A DNA stretch of 64,000 nucleotides from an uncultured Chloroflexia bacterium (GCA_963828165.1 CAWHDR010000001.1:1728001-1792000); one strand, 5' to 3'. Positions 10,327-20,740 are shown, numbered from the stretch's first letter. The notes: generated by a model from the sequence alone, not told the origin. A program made the numbers and translations.

Positions 10327-10985
10327 TCCGGGTCGGCATCGTCGACGACCACCCGGTCGTCGGCGAAGGGACCGCGGCGATCCTGCGCGCGCAGCCCGAC
10401 ATCGAGGTGATCACCGTCGCCCCGTCGCTCGCGACCGCCGAGGCGGCCGGGCTGTTCGATGCCACCCGGGTCGATGTGGTCCTGCTCGACATCCGCCTGG
10501 GGACGGACACTGGCCTGCGCGCGTTGACCCCCTCGCGACCGGCGGATGGTGGCAAGACCGCCGAAACCGTCCAGCAGTCGACCACCAAGCCGCGACCCGC
10601 GATCATCGTGCTGACGGCCTACGACTATCCGCAGTACGCGGAGGCGGCCCTCCGCCTGGGAGCGGCAGGGTTCGTGCTCAAGACCGCGCCGATCCCCGAG
10701 CTCGTCGACGCGATCCGGCGTGTTGCCGCGGGCGGCCTGGCCTTCTCGGTGCGCCCGGCGTCGGCCGGCCTCGCTCGCCTCTCTCCGCGTGAGCACGATG
10801 TCGTGCGCCTCGTTGCGGACGGGCGCACGAACGACGAGATCGGGTCGGCCCTGCAGATCGGCTCCAAGACCGTCGAGACCCACCTTGCCCGGTTGTTCGA
10901 ACGGCTCGGCGTCGCGTCGCGCACCGAGCTTGCGATGCGCGCCGTGCGCGAGGGCTGGCTCGACGTGCCGCCGGGCGACCGCTAG
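10323..10985 (+). CDS. NarL/LuxR-family response regulator
   Basis: IVDDHPVV, VLLDI, GFVLK receiver motifs; LSPREHDV...SKTVETH HTH; start probably CTG 10323 (alternative TTG 10278). Confidence 0.9.
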   Translation: MIRVGIVDDHPVVGEGTAAILRAQPDIEVITVAPSLATAEAAGLFDATRVDVVLLDIRLGTDTGLRALTPSRPADGGKTAETVQQSTTKPRPAIIVLTAYDYPQYAEAALRLGAAGFVLKTAPIPELVDAIRRVAAGGLAFSVRPASAGLARLSPREHDVVRLVADGRTNDEIGSALQIGSKTVETHLARLFERLGVASRTELAMRAVREGWLDVPPGDR

Positions 10986-11027
10986 CCGGCCACTGGGCGA
11001 TCCGCCGCCTGATGTAGATTTCGCGAG

Positions 11028-11888
11028 ATGAACCGGGACGACGGCGGGCTGCCGCCGCCCGAGGGCCGCGAGCGCGCGGCTGCCGTCGGGCTGGTGCTCG
11101 CCGCCGCGGTGTCGCCGCAGGTCGGTGCGGTGATCGCCGTGTCGCTGTTCGACGAGCTGGGGCCGGCGGGTGCGGCCTTCCTGCGGCTGGCGATCGCGGC
11201 GATCGTGCTGTGGGTGGTCTGGCGCCCCCGGCTGACGGGCGACCTGCGGCTCGCGGCGGCGTTCGGCGTCGCGCTCGGGCTGATGAACTGGTCGTTCTAC
11301 GAGGCGATCGCGCGCATCCCGCTCGGCGCCGCGGTGACGATCGAGTTCGCGGGCCCGCTGCTCGTGGGGGTGATCGGCTCGCGGCGGCCGCTCGACGTCC
11401 TGTGGGTGGCGCTCGCCGCGGTGGGCATCGTGATCCTGGTCGACCCCGGCGGCGGATCGATGGACCCGGCCGGCGTCGGCTTCGCAGTCGCCGCCGGGGC
11501 GTGCTGGATGGCCTACATCTACCTCTGCAAGCGCACCGGAACGGCGTTCCCGGGTGGGTCCGGGCTTGCGCTCGCGATGGTGGTCGGAGCCTTGATCGTG
11601 CTCCCGGCGGGCGTGATCCAGGCGGACGGCGCGCTCGCCCAGCCCAACCTGCTGGGGGCGGCGTTCGTCGTGGCGCTCACCTCGTCGGTGCTGCCGTATT
11701 CGCTCGAACTAGAGGCGCTGCGCCGGCTCCCGGAGTCGGTGTTCGGCGTGCTGATGTCGCTCGACCCGGCGATCGCCGCGCTGGCCGGGTTCCTGGTGCT
11801 CGGCCAGGACCTTGGCGTGCGCGACGTGCTCGCGATCGCGATGGTGGTCGTGGCCAGCGCCGGTGCGGCCAGCCTCAGCCACCGATGA
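11028..11888 (+). CDS. EamA/RhtA-like exporter
   Basis: RIPLGAAVTIEFAGPL, LPYSLELEALRRLP, LMSLDP motifs typical of RhtA. Confidence 0.88.
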   Translation: MNRDDGGLPPPEGRERAAAVGLVLAAAVSPQVGAVIAVSLFDELGPAGAAFLRLAIAAIVLWVVWRPRLTGDLRLAAAFGVALGLMNWSFYEAIARIPLGAAVTIEFAGPLLVGVIGSRRPLDVLWVALAAVGIVILVDPGGGSMDPAGVGFAVAAGACWMAYIYLCKRTGTAFPGGSGLALAMVVGALIVLPAGVIQADGALAQPNLLGAAFVVALTSSVLPYSLELEALRRLPESVFGVLMSLDPAIAALAGFLVLGQDLGVRDVLAIAMVVVASAGAASLSHR

Positions 11889-11923
11889 CCTCGCCGGCAA
11901 GCCGTCGCGGGCTGCCGGCACCC

Positions 11924-12808
11924 TCACGTAGCTTCGCGAGCGCGGACAGGGGCTGGAGCCGGCGGTGCCGGATCACGCAGCGCGATGACCGCCAGGAGCA
12001 TCGCGAGGCCGCCGTACCACAGCGCCGGAAGGGCCAGCATCCCGGCCACTGGCACCGTCCAGCGGCGGTTCGTACGGGCGCCCCAGACGACGAGCGCCAC
12101 CGCGAACGGCAGCCGGACCAGGAACGGGATCGGGACGGCGGCCCAAGTGCCGTCGCGGCCGGCGATCCGGCTCAACACCTCGCCCCACTGGAACCAGGCA
12201 TCCGGCAGTGTCACGAACGAGACGGCCACGATCAGCGCCGTGGCTCCCAGCGCGATGAACAGCTGCCGCCATTCGCCCCGGACCACGAACCACAGCAGCC
12301 CGATGCCGGGCGTGATCTTCGTGAGCAGCACCAGTGCCCAGGTCGCTGGCCAGCGGAAGCCGAGGACCATCGCCGCCGCGAGGAGCAGGTGGATGTTGCC
12401 GCCGGCGAGCTCCATCAGGCTCAGGACGACGCCGACCGTGAACCACTTCCGCCCGGTGAGCACGAACACGGCCGCCAGCAGGATCCCGGTCCAGATCGCC
12501 ATGTAGACCTGCCACGGCAGGACGCGGATGGGCTGCAGGAGCTGCAGGAAGGCGGGCGAATACACGTACGCGATCGGGTCCGTCCAGTCGGATCGCGCGT
12601 ACGGATCGTCAAGCGACGGGAACCAGTAGCAGTACGCGTCCTGACCGGTGCCCCACAGCCGACCGAACGGCTCCGAGAACACGACGATCGCCAGCCAGAT
12701 CGCGGCCACGAGGGCGAGGCCGACGATCTCGTAGCGGTTGCGCCACGCGCGCTCGGCCAGCGGCGGACGCTCGGTCGCGGCTGGGCGGTCGATCGACAGG
12801 TCGGTCAT
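11924..12808 (-). CDS. GT87/DUF2029-like membrane glycosyltransferase (GT-C)
   Basis: DAYCYW, YVYSPAF, GNI, LTKITPG motifs; multi-TM. Confidence 0.75.
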   Translation of the reverse strand: MTDLSIDRPAATERPPLAERAWRNRYEIVGLALVAAIWLAIVVFSEPFGRLWGTGQDAYCYWFPSLDDPYARSDWTDPIAYVYSPAFLQLLQPIRVLPWQVYMAIWTGILLAAVFVLTGRKWFTVGVVLSLMELAGGNIHLLLAAAMVLGFRWPATWALVLLTKITPGIGLLWFVVRGEWRQLFIALGATALIVAVSFVTLPDAWFQWGEVLSRIAGRDGTWAAVPIPFLVRLPFAVALVVWGARTNRRWTVPVAGMLALPALWYGGLAMLLAVIALRDPAPPAPAPVRAREAT

Positions 12809-12975
12809 GGGCTCCCATCGTGTCGCCAGGCTGGGGCGGGCGACCGGACTGTACGCCATGAGCGCACACGCGTCGCCGATGGCGTGTGCCGTACGATGGG
12901 AACGTGCCGAACCTCGCGCTCCCACGCCCGCTGCCCCGACCGCGCCGCCGTCCGAGCGGCCCGGAGGATCCCGTC

Positions 12976-13905
12976 ATGCCCAATCCCGTCTCCGATCCGG
13001 AGATCATCGAGGAAGCGGGCCTGCGCTGGATCCACATCGAGTCGCCGCGGACCGCCGACCGCGACTGGCTCGAGGACAACTTCGACTTCCACCCCCTCGA
13101 CATCGAGGACGTGTACTCGCGCAACCAGCGGCCCAAGCTCGACCAGTACGCGGACTACGTCTTCATCGTTCTCCACTTCCCGCTGTTCGACAAGGACAGC
13201 GGCCGGATCCTGACCGCGGAGCTCGACCTGTTCCTTGGGCCGGATTATCTGATCACGCTGCCGAACATCCCGCTCCCGCCGTTGTCGGCGATGTTCGAGC
13301 GCTACCGCGAGAAGGCCGACCTGCGCGAGGAGGTCTTCTCGAAGGGCTCGGGCTACCTGCTCTACAAGATCGTGGATACCGGCGTCGACGCGTCGTTCCC
13401 GATGCTGCGCAAGACGGGGCTCAAGCTCGAGCGCCTCGAGGACGACATCTTCGAGGGGCGCTCGTCCGAGATCGTGCGCGACCTGTCCGAGGCGAAGCAG
13501 GAGATCATCAACTTCCGCAAGATCGTGCGCCCGCAGCGCGCCGTCCTCCGCGATCTCGAGCGGACGAAGCAGCGCTACCTCCAGGACGAGCTCGAGATCT
13601 ACTTCGATGACATCTCGGACGCCGCCGAGCGGATCTGGGACACGCTCGAGAACTACAAGGAGGTCATCGAGGGCCTCGAGTCGACGAACGAGTCCGTACT
13701 GTCCCACCGGCTGAACGACTCGTTCCGGGTGCTCACCGCGGCCAGCGTCATCCTTCTGCCGCTGACCCTCATCGCGAGCATCTTCGGGATGAACGTGCAG
13801 TTCCCCGGGGAGGGCCAGGGCGTCACGTTCTTCGTGATCCTCGGACTGATGGCGCTGCTGCTCCTGGGCCTCGTCGTCCTGTTCCGGCGGCGCGGCTGGC
13901 TGTAG
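12976..13905 (+). CDS. corA: CorA-family Mg2+ transporter
   Basis: FHPLDIED, QRPKLD, FGMN signature, two C-terminal TMs; RBS GGAGGA upstream. Confidence 0.92.
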   Translation: MPNPVSDPEIIEEAGLRWIHIESPRTADRDWLEDNFDFHPLDIEDVYSRNQRPKLDQYADYVFIVLHFPLFDKDSGRILTAELDLFLGPDYLITLPNIPLPPLSAMFERYREKADLREEVFSKGSGYLLYKIVDTGVDASFPMLRKTGLKLERLEDDIFEGRSSEIVRDLSEAKQEIINFRKIVRPQRAVLRDLERTKQRYLQDELEIYFDDISDAAERIWDTLENYKEVIEGLESTNESVLSHRLNDSFRVLTAASVILLPLTLIASIFGMNVQFPGEGQGVTFFVILGLMALLLLGLVVLFRRRGWL

Positions 13906-13965
13906 GCTGTGGCCTCGCCCGATCGGGTGGAGCGGGAGTTTCACTGACCTGGTGCGCGGAGCTCG

Positions 13966-14073
13966 ATGACCGCTCCCAAGCACACCGCGAGCGCCCGCGC
14001 GGCGTTCGACTGCCACGCCTGGACCGAGGCGTACGACGCCTTTCGGCTGGTCGATCGCGGGATACCGCCGTGA
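13966..14073 (+). pseudogene. 35-codon remnant resembling the N-terminus of a TPR/LuxR-type regulator
   Basis: MTAPKHTASARAAFDCHAWTEAYDAFRLVDRGIPP*, similar from memory to 'ARAAF.R.AW.EAY.AF' N-termini. Confidence 0.35.
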
Positions 14074-14159
14074 TCCGGCCTGATCGGCTGGCCGGCCCGG
14101 TGGCATGGGGTGGACGCCACCATCCCCGCCGAGGAAGAATTCGACGCTGGTCCCGTGAC

Positions 14160-15296
14160 CTAACGCGGGAGGTCGCGTTCCTCGGGCCCGACATAGTTGA
14201 CGTCGGGGCGGATCAGGCGGTTGTTCGCAGCCTGTTCGAGCGCGTGGGCGGTCCAGCCCGCGGTCCGTGCCAGCGAGAAGGTCGCCGGGAAGAGATCCGG
14301 CGTGAGGCCGACACCCATGAGCACGGGTGCGGCGTAGAACTCGACGTTCGTCTTGAGCGGCCGGTCGGGATGCTTCTCGGCCAGGACGCGCAGCGCGACA
14401 TCCTCGACCTCGATCGCGAGCTGGAGCCAGTCGGGCTTGTGGGCCATGCCCTCGGCCACGGTCCGCAACGCCTTTGCTCGCGGGTCGTAGGCGCGATAGA
14501 CGCGGTGCCCGAAGCCCATCAGCCGCTCGCCTTTGGCCAGCGCCTCGCGGACCCACTGCTCGGCGTGACCCGCCGAGCCCACTTCGGCCAGCTGGTCGAC
14601 GACTTCCGATGGCGCACCGCCGTGGAGCGGTCCCTTCATCGTCCCGATCGCGCCGGCCACGGCCGAGGCGACGTCCGACCTCGTCGAGATGATGACCCGC
14701 GCGGTGAACGTCGAGGCGTTGAACCCGTGCTCGGAACCGACGATGAAGTAGGCATCAAGTGCGCGTGAGGTGCCCTCATCCGGACGCGAGCCGGTCAGCT
14801 GGTACAGGAAGCCCGGGACGAGATCGAGGGACGGATCGGGCTCGACCGGCTCCTGACCCGAGCGCAGCCGCGCGAACGCAGCGAGCGCGGACGGCGCAAA
14901 GGCCGTCAGGGCACGTGCCTGTTCGACGGTCGGTGGCCACGGCAGCTCCTGGGTCGCACCCCACGCCGAGACCGCCGTGCGCAGGGCGTCCATCGGCTTG
15001 GTCGTGCTGGGCAGCGCCCGGAGGACGGCCAGGACTTCCGCGGGGACGGGCGCGGTCGGGAGGCGGTGCCCCGCATCCCAGTCGCCGGTCCACAGCAGGT
15101 TCGCGACCGCCGGGTACGTCCCGTGCTCCACGAGATCGCCGATGCGATAGCCACGATAGATGAGTCGACCGCGCTCGCCATCGACGAAGGAGAGGCTGGT
15201 CTCGCCGGCGATGACGCCCTCGAGGCCGGGCGAGTAGGGTCGGGAAGCCTGACTGGCTTCGGCCGATGGGCGGTCGGCGGGCGGTGAGTCGGTCAT
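14160..15296 (-). CDS. Citrate synthase (type I / 2-methylcitrate synthase family)
   Basis: GLEGV, EHGFNASTF, GPLHGGA, MGFGHRVY, NVEFY. Confidence 0.93.
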   Translation of the reverse strand: MTDSPPADRPSAEASQASRPYSPGLEGVIAGETSLSFVDGERGRLIYRGYRIGDLVEHGTYPAVANLLWTGDWDAGHRLPTAPVPAEVLAVLRALPSTTKPMDALRTAVSAWGATQELPWPPTVEQARALTAFAPSALAAFARLRSGQEPVEPDPSLDLVPGFLYQLTGSRPDEGTSRALDAYFIVGSEHGFNASTFTARVIISTRSDVASAVAGAIGTMKGPLHGGAPSEVVDQLAEVGSAGHAEQWVREALAKGERLMGFGHRVYRAYDPRAKALRTVAEGMAHKPDWLQLAIEVEDVALRVLAEKHPDRPLKTNVEFYAAPVLMGVGLTPDLFPATFSLARTAGWTAHALEQAANNRLIRPDVNYVGPEERDLPR

Positions 15297-15348
15297 GGCC
15301 TGATGGTAGCCGTGGGCGTTTGACGGCGCAGTGCGCCCGGCCGCCGGC

Positions 15349-15606
15349 TCAGCGGTCGTTGATCGCGTTGAGGACCAGGCGAACGATCAGCGAACCGAGG
15401 ACCGCCACGGCGATCGAGGCGATGACCCCGTTGGTCGGACCGAATCCCATCTGCTGGGCGATCCAGCCGCCGACGATCCCGCCGACGATGCCCACGACGA
15501 TGTTCGGGAGGCAACCGCGCGCCGTGCGGCCGCCGATGAGCGCGCCCGAGATGGCCCCGGCGACGAAGCCGAGAACGATCCAGCCGAAGATCCCGAGTTC
15601 AGGCAT
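15349..15606 (-). CDS. GlsB/YeaQ/YmgE-family (transglycosylase-associated) small membrane protein
   Basis: WIVLGFVAG...NIVVGIVGGIVGG pattern. Confidence 0.85.
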   Translation of the reverse strand: MPELGIFGWIVLGFVAGAISGALIGGRTARGCLPNIVVGIVGGIVGGWIAQQMGFGPTNGVIASIAVAVLGSLIVRLVLNAINDR

Positions 15607-15631
15607 GGCCGGAGTATCCCACGCGCGACGG

Positions 15632-16465
15632 CTACGGTGCGGCCAGGAACGCGGTCACGGCCTCCACGACCGCGTCGGGGTGGGTGTGGTGGGCCGCGTG
15701 CTTGGCGCCGGGGATGACGACGATCGTGCCGTCGGAGAGGCGATCGTCGAGCGCCGCCGTCGCGTGGCTGAACTCGCGGCGGCTGTCGCCGCCCAGCACC
15801 TGGAGCACGGGCTGCTCGACCGCGCCCAGCCGGTCGAGCCCGGCCTCGTCACCGGACTCGACGGCCACCTCGCGCGCGATCGTCGCGGCCGCCGCCACGC
15901 GCCGCGGCCAGATCGGGTCGGCCCGGTAGCGGTCCAGGTCCTCGGCGCTCATGCCCACGACACGGGTCATGAAGGTCTCGAGGAGCGTCTCGTCCTGTCC
16001 GGCGGCGGCGAGGGCGGAGAGCTCGCGGGGGAGTGCCGCGTCCCCGTAGCGTTCGCCCGGCGGGGTCGGGGCCCCCTCGTACGAGATCACCCGCCCGATG
16101 TCCGCGGTCAGGAGCGCCGCGCCCAGCGCACAGCGGCCACCGTAGGAGTGGCCGAAGACGTCGACCGCGGCACCGGCCTCGTGCGCGAGAGCCGTGGCGA
16201 CGGCCGCCAGATCCTCGAATTCGCGCTCGATGGCGTAGGGCGAGGTGTCACCCGACGCTCCCCGGCCGCGGCGATCGATCGCGTGGATCGTGAACCGGGT
16301 TGCGAGCAACGGCCCGAGGACCCGGAACGTGGTGTGGTCGGCGGCCGCGCCGTGCACGAGGACCAGCGGCGGCCCCACGCCGGTGGTGAACACCGCGATC
16401 GATGTTCCGTCCGTCGAGGGCACGACGCGGTCGGGCTCGTCGGGCGGGGTTGACGACGCCGTCAC
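15632..16465 (-). CDS. Alpha/beta hydrolase
   Basis: LVHG, DRRGRGAS, GHSYGG, C-terminal H. Confidence 0.9.
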   Translation of the reverse strand: MTASSTPPDEPDRVVPSTDGTSIAVFTTGVGPPLVLVHGAAADHTTFRVLGPLLATRFTIHAIDRRGRGASGDTSPYAIEREFEDLAAVATALAHEAGAAVDVFGHSYGGRCALGAALLTADIGRVISYEGAPTPPGERYGDAALPRELSALAAAGQDETLLETFMTRVVGMSAEDLDRYRADPIWPRRVAAAATIAREVAVESGDEAGLDRLGAVEQPVLQVLGGDSRREFSHATAALDDRLSDGTIVVIPGAKHAAHHTHPDAVVEAVTAFLAAP

Positions 16466-16953
16466 GACGTCGGCCGCCAGGCGTACCGCACGTCCGGTTG
16501 GCGCTCCTCATTGTGGCTTCCGTCGCCGAAGGCGATCGGCTCGAACCCGGCCCGCTCGTAGAAGCGACGGGCGTTGGCATTGACCGCGAAGCAGTACAGG
16601 TCCACTCCGGCCGGCCGCCGCTCCTTGGCGATGGCCACCAGCCGCTTGCCCAGACCGTGCCCGATCCAGGCCGGGGCCACGTACAGCTGCTCGATCATGG
16701 CGTCTGACAGCGCCATCAGCGCCACGACGGTTCCGTTTGGTGCCACCGCGACCCACGTCTCGTGGTCGGGGACGAGCTCGCCCGCGAGCCAGCGCCGGAC
16801 ATCGTCATCCGGATGCGACGGTTCGAAATCGAACGTCGCGCGCCAGGACGTCAGCCACACGTCGCCGATCCCTCCCGCGTCATGCGGTCCGGCACGCCGG
16901 ATCTCGATCTCGTCGGCGGATGGCGGTCGATCGCCCGTCGCCGGAACGGCCAT
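16462..16953 (-). CDS. GNAT acetyltransferase
   Basis: QLYVAP..IGHGLG, N..ARRFYERAGF; ATG overlaps the pgl stop. Confidence 0.85.
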   Translation of the reverse strand: MAVPATGDRPPSADEIEIRRAGPHDAGGIGDVWLTSWRATFDFEPSHPDDDVRRWLAGELVPDHETWVAVAPNGTVVALMALSDAMIEQLYVAPAWIGHGLGKRLVAIAKERRPAGVDLYCFAVNANARRFYERAGFEPIAFGDGSHNEERQPDVRYAWRPTS

Positions 16954-17762
16954 CAGCGCGCTGGCAGGCTGGCCGCTGCCGCCTGGTCCAGGATCCACGT
17001 CGCCCCATCGCGGCGCGTGAGCTGCGCCGGCCAGCGGGTCGGGTCGAGCTCCGGGCCGAAGATGTCGGCGAGGATCGCCGCCTTGCCGGCCCCGTGCATC
17101 ACGACGAGGATCTGCCGCGCGACCGCGAGGATGGCGGGGTTGAGCGTCACCCGCTCGACGTGTGGCTCGATGTGGGTGGGGGCCGGGATCGCCAGCGCCC
17201 AGTCCGTCGATTCGAACGCGGCGGAGCCCGGGAACACGGACAGCACGTGCCCGTCGCCGCCCACGCCGAGCAGCACGAGATCGAGCACGGGCCAGCCGTC
17301 GACGACCTCGAGATCGGCGGCACGGAGCTCTCGCTCGAGTTCTGCCGCACAGCCGGCGGCACCCCAGCCCTCCCCGATCGCTTCGCCCGTCCGGAATGGA
17401 TGGATGTTCGCGAGAGGGAGGGGAACACCCGTCGCGTTGCTCCCGATAGTGCTGCCCGCCTGACGGCCGGGCAGGTCGAGCAGGACGTCGTCGAACGGCT
17501 TGACGTTGGACAAGGCGTGGTCGCGCGGCACGAAGCGATCGTCGCCCCACCACACGTGGACGCTCGGCCACGGGATGTCGTGTGCGTGCTCGGGCGCGGC
17601 GAGGTGCCGGTAGATCCCGACCGGGGTTGAGCCGCCGGTCGTGGCCCAGTCGGCCCGGCCGCGTGCCTCGATGGCGCCCCGCAACGACGCTCCGATCCGG
17701 TCCCCGGCCAGCGCGGATGCGGCCGCCGCATCGGCGACGACGACGATCTCCGGATCGGTCAT
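16953..17762 (-). CDS. pgl: 6-phosphogluconolactonase
   Basis: TGGSTP, WGDDRFVP, LLGVGGDGH, RVTL; operon context. Confidence 0.92.
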   Translation of the reverse strand: MTDPEIVVVADAAAASALAGDRIGASLRGAIEARGRADWATTGGSTPVGIYRHLAAPEHAHDIPWPSVHVWWGDDRFVPRDHALSNVKPFDDVLLDLPGRQAGSTIGSNATGVPLPLANIHPFRTGEAIGEGWGAAGCAAELERELRAADLEVVDGWPVLDLVLLGVGGDGHVLSVFPGSAAFESTDWALAIPAPTHIEPHVERVTLNPAILAVARQILVVMHGAGKAAILADIFGPELDPTRWPAQLTRRDGATWILDQAAAASLPAR

Positions 17763-19042
17763 GACGCCGGCCGTGCGCCCGCTGGGGGGATGGCTCCGCC
17801 GGCGAGCTGAGCCGCGGCGCGCAGGCTGACGGTCGCGATGTCCTCGCGGCGGCCGGTCTCGATCGCCTCGGCCAGCAGGTCGACCTCCCCGCGACGCGCG
17901 GCGAGGAACCGCCGTTCGAGTGCCTCCACCCCGTCCTGCCAGACGCGCACGTGGACCGCCTCGGCCTCTGCGGTCACGTCGGCGCGCAACTCGGAGCCGC
18001 GTCGCTCGGCCAGGAGCTCGACGCGGAGGGTCGTGCCGGCGGGCATCGTCGAGACGACCGGCCGCAGGACGACCGCGACCTCACCGCGCCCCTGGCTCAG
18101 CGTGGCCGCCATCCCGCGGCTGACCACCGGCCGCCCTCCGGGTGCGGGTTTCGAGCGGGAGGCCGCGGGCCGCTCGGCCACGGCTGCCAACGGTTTCACG
18201 ACCGACATCCCGAGCCGCGAGGCCAGCCACGCGACGTGGTAGATCGGCTTGACGATGTTCGTCGAGCCCGGCGCGCCAGTCTCGTCATGGGTGGCGTAGG
18301 TCACGGCGATGCGCCGTAGCGAGCCGAGGTACGGCAGGAAATCCGGATCGTCGAAGATGGAGGCGATGGCCTCCCGCCAGCGCGACTGGCGGACCAGGGC
18401 GAAGTCGCTGATCGCCAGCCGGGTCACGTCGAGCAGGCCCGCCATCTCGCGCATCCGTTCGAGTCCGTCGCCGTTCCATGTCGAGCCGTCCACCACGAGT
18501 CGGTCCGCGCCGCTGAGCAGATCGAACGCGGCCCGCGAGGTGAACGGCGGCTCGCCCGGCCACCAGACGGTCACCGGCAGGTCGTGGACGATCAGCGGCG
18601 TCACGATCGCCGACAGATGCCGGCCGGCCTCACCGCCGGCCGTCAGGTGGATCGTCTCGGCGCAGGTCTCGGGCGCGTCCTCGCGCGGCAGCACGCAGTG
18701 CGCCTCCACCCGCGCATCCAGCCACGACGGCCCGTCTGGATCCGCGGACTGGACGACGATGGTCCGCGACGGGTGCCGCCCCGTGAGTGCCTGGATCGTG
18801 GCCGCGCCACGCTCCGCGATCTCCGGCCGGCGCGCGATGACCACGAGGTTCATCACGCTCGTCCGGGCGGCGATGTGGCGGGCGGGTTCGCCGTTCACCT
18901 CGGTGGTCAGGTCCTGCTTGGCCCAGATCCGGGCGAGCTCCGTTTCGATCTCGGCGATGCTGTGGGCGCGTGCCGACCAGCGCAGGACCGGCTCGTTGAG
19001 TGCCACGGCCGGTGCGACGGAGGTCGGCAAGGCGGGGCTCAG
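17759..19042 (-). CDS. opcA: Glucose-6-phosphate dehydrogenase assembly protein OpcA
   Basis: RTSVMNLV, HPSR, DLPVTVWW, RLVVD, WRE motifs directly downstream of zwf; start uncertain (CTG 19042, or TTG/GTG slightly downstream). Confidence 0.85.
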   Translation of the reverse strand: MSPALPTSVAPAVALNEPVLRWSARAHSIAEIETELARIWAKQDLTTEVNGEPARHIAARTSVMNLVVIARRPEIAERGAATIQALTGRHPSRTIVVQSADPDGPSWLDARVEAHCVLPREDAPETCAETIHLTAGGEAGRHLSAIVTPLIVHDLPVTVWWPGEPPFTSRAAFDLLSGADRLVVDGSTWNGDGLERMREMAGLLDVTRLAISDFALVRQSRWREAIASIFDDPDFLPYLGSLRRIAVTYATHDETGAPGSTNIVKPIYHVAWLASRLGMSVVKPLAAVAERPAASRSKPAPGGRPVVSRGMAATLSQGRGEVAVVLRPVVSTMPAGTTLRVELLAERRGSELRADVTAEAEAVHVRVWQDGVEALERRFLAARRGEVDLLAEAIETGRREDIATVSLRAAAQLAGGAIPPAGARPAS

Positions 19043-20736
19043 ATCCGTCGCCAGCGCTTGCCGTCGCGGGCGATCATCTCGTCGGCCTCGGTCGGGCCCC
19101 ACGTCCCGGCATCGTAGTTGGCGAAGTCGGGCGCCGGGCTCGATGCCCACAGGTCGATGATCGGGTCGACGATGCTCCACGCTTCCTCGACCTCGTCCGC
19201 GCGCGTGAACAGCGAGGCGTCCCCCTGGAGGGCGTCGAGGATCAGCGTCTCATAGGCGTCGGGCGAGTCGATGTTGAAGGCGGACCCATAGGTGAAGTCC
19301 ATCGTGACCGGGCGGATCGCCATGCCCAGGCCCGGCACCTTGGCACCGAACCGCAGCATGATCCCCTCGTCCGGCTGGATGCGGATGGCGAGCAGGTTCG
19401 GGTCCGGTTCCGTGGCGGCGTCGCGGAACAGGCGATGCGGCACCTCGCGGAACTGGATGGCGATCTCCGTGGAGCGCTTGGGCAGGCGCTTGCCGGTCCG
19501 CACGTAGAACGGCACGCCCGACCAGCGCCAGTCGTCGATCGTCAGGCGCGCGGCGATGTAGGTCTCGGTCTCGGAGGACGGGTCGACGTCCTGCTCCTCC
19601 CGGTAGCCCGGCACCTGCGTCGCGGCGACCCAGCCCGGGCCGTATTGTCCGCGGACGACGTTGCCGGGCGAGTCCGCGGGACTGGCGATCGCACGGAGCA
19701 CCTTGACCTTCTCGTCGCGCAGCGGGTCCGCCTCGAACGTCGCCGGCGGCTCCATCGCGACGAGGCTGACGAGCTGGAGCAGGTGGTTCTGGAGGACATC
19801 GCGTGACGCGCCGGTCTCTTCGTAGAAGGCGCCACGGTTTTCGATGCCGATCGACTCGGCCACGGTGATCTGCACGTGATCGACATAGCGCCGGTTCCAG
19901 AGTGGCTCGAAGATGCCGTTCCCGAACCGGAAGACCAGCAGGTTGCGGACGGTCTCCTTGCCCAAATAGTGGTCGATGCGGTAGACCTGCGACTCGCGGA
20001 AGACCTTGCCGACCTCGCGGTTCAGCTTCTTGGCGGAGTCGAGGTCGTGGCCGAACGGCTTCTCGATGACGATGCGTCGCCAACCGCCGTCATGGCGCTC
20101 GTGATCGAGGCCCACGCGGCCCAGCTGGGCGACGAGGTCCGCGAACTGCGACGGCTGCGTGGCGAGGTAGAACAGCCGATTGCCGCGCGTGGCGTGCTCG
20201 GTATCGATCTCGTCGAGGCGGCTGGCCAGGCGATCGAAGCCGGCAGGATCGGTGAAATCGCAGCGGTCGTACACGATCCGCTCGCTGAACGACGCCCAGG
20301 CCGCTTCGTCGAGCGGCAGCACGCGGCTGAACTCATCAAGGCCCTTGCGAACTTCGGCCCGATAGTCGTCGTCGTCGTACGGACGGCGGCCGACGGCGAT
20401 CAGGAGGAATTCGTGTGGCAGGAGGTTGGTCCGCCACAGGTGGTACATCGCCGGGATGACCTTGCGGTAGGCGAGGTCGCCGGTCGCCCCGAACAGCACC
20501 AGGACCGATGGATCGGGCACCCGTTCCAGGTGGAGCCCCTGGCGAAGGACGTTCTCGGCAGGCTTGGCGCGCGACGCCCGCTTGCCTTCGCGGACCTCGC
20601 GCAGCTGGCGCATGGTCTTGGGCGCGTCCTTGGGACGGGGCGCCGGTTGGGCGGGGATCGGCTGGTCCGGCGGCGCGTCGACAGGCGCGGGGTCCTTGAC
20701 CGGCACCTCGACCTTGCCCTTCACCCGCGTCGCCAT
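19039..20736 (-). CDS. zwf: Glucose-6-phosphate 1-dehydrogenase
   Basis: FGATGDLA, IEKPFG, RIDHYLGKE, WSGVPFYVRTGK. Confidence 0.96.
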   Translation of the reverse strand: MATRVKGKVEVPVKDPAPVDAPPDQPIPAQPAPRPKDAPKTMRQLREVREGKRASRAKPAENVLRQGLHLERVPDPSVLVLFGATGDLAYRKVIPAMYHLWRTNLLPHEFLLIAVGRRPYDDDDYRAEVRKGLDEFSRVLPLDEAAWASFSERIVYDRCDFTDPAGFDRLASRLDEIDTEHATRGNRLFYLATQPSQFADLVAQLGRVGLDHERHDGGWRRIVIEKPFGHDLDSAKKLNREVGKVFRESQVYRIDHYLGKETVRNLLVFRFGNGIFEPLWNRRYVDHVQITVAESIGIENRGAFYEETGASRDVLQNHLLQLVSLVAMEPPATFEADPLRDEKVKVLRAIASPADSPGNVVRGQYGPGWVAATQVPGYREEQDVDPSSETETYIAARLTIDDWRWSGVPFYVRTGKRLPKRSTEIAIQFREVPHRLFRDAATEPDPNLLAIRIQPDEGIMLRFGAKVPGLGMAIRPVTMDFTYGSAFNIDSPDAYETLILDALQGDASLFTRADEVEEAWSIVDPIIDLWASSPAPDFANYDAGTWGPTEADEMIARDGKRWRRI

Positions 20737-20740
20737 CGCG

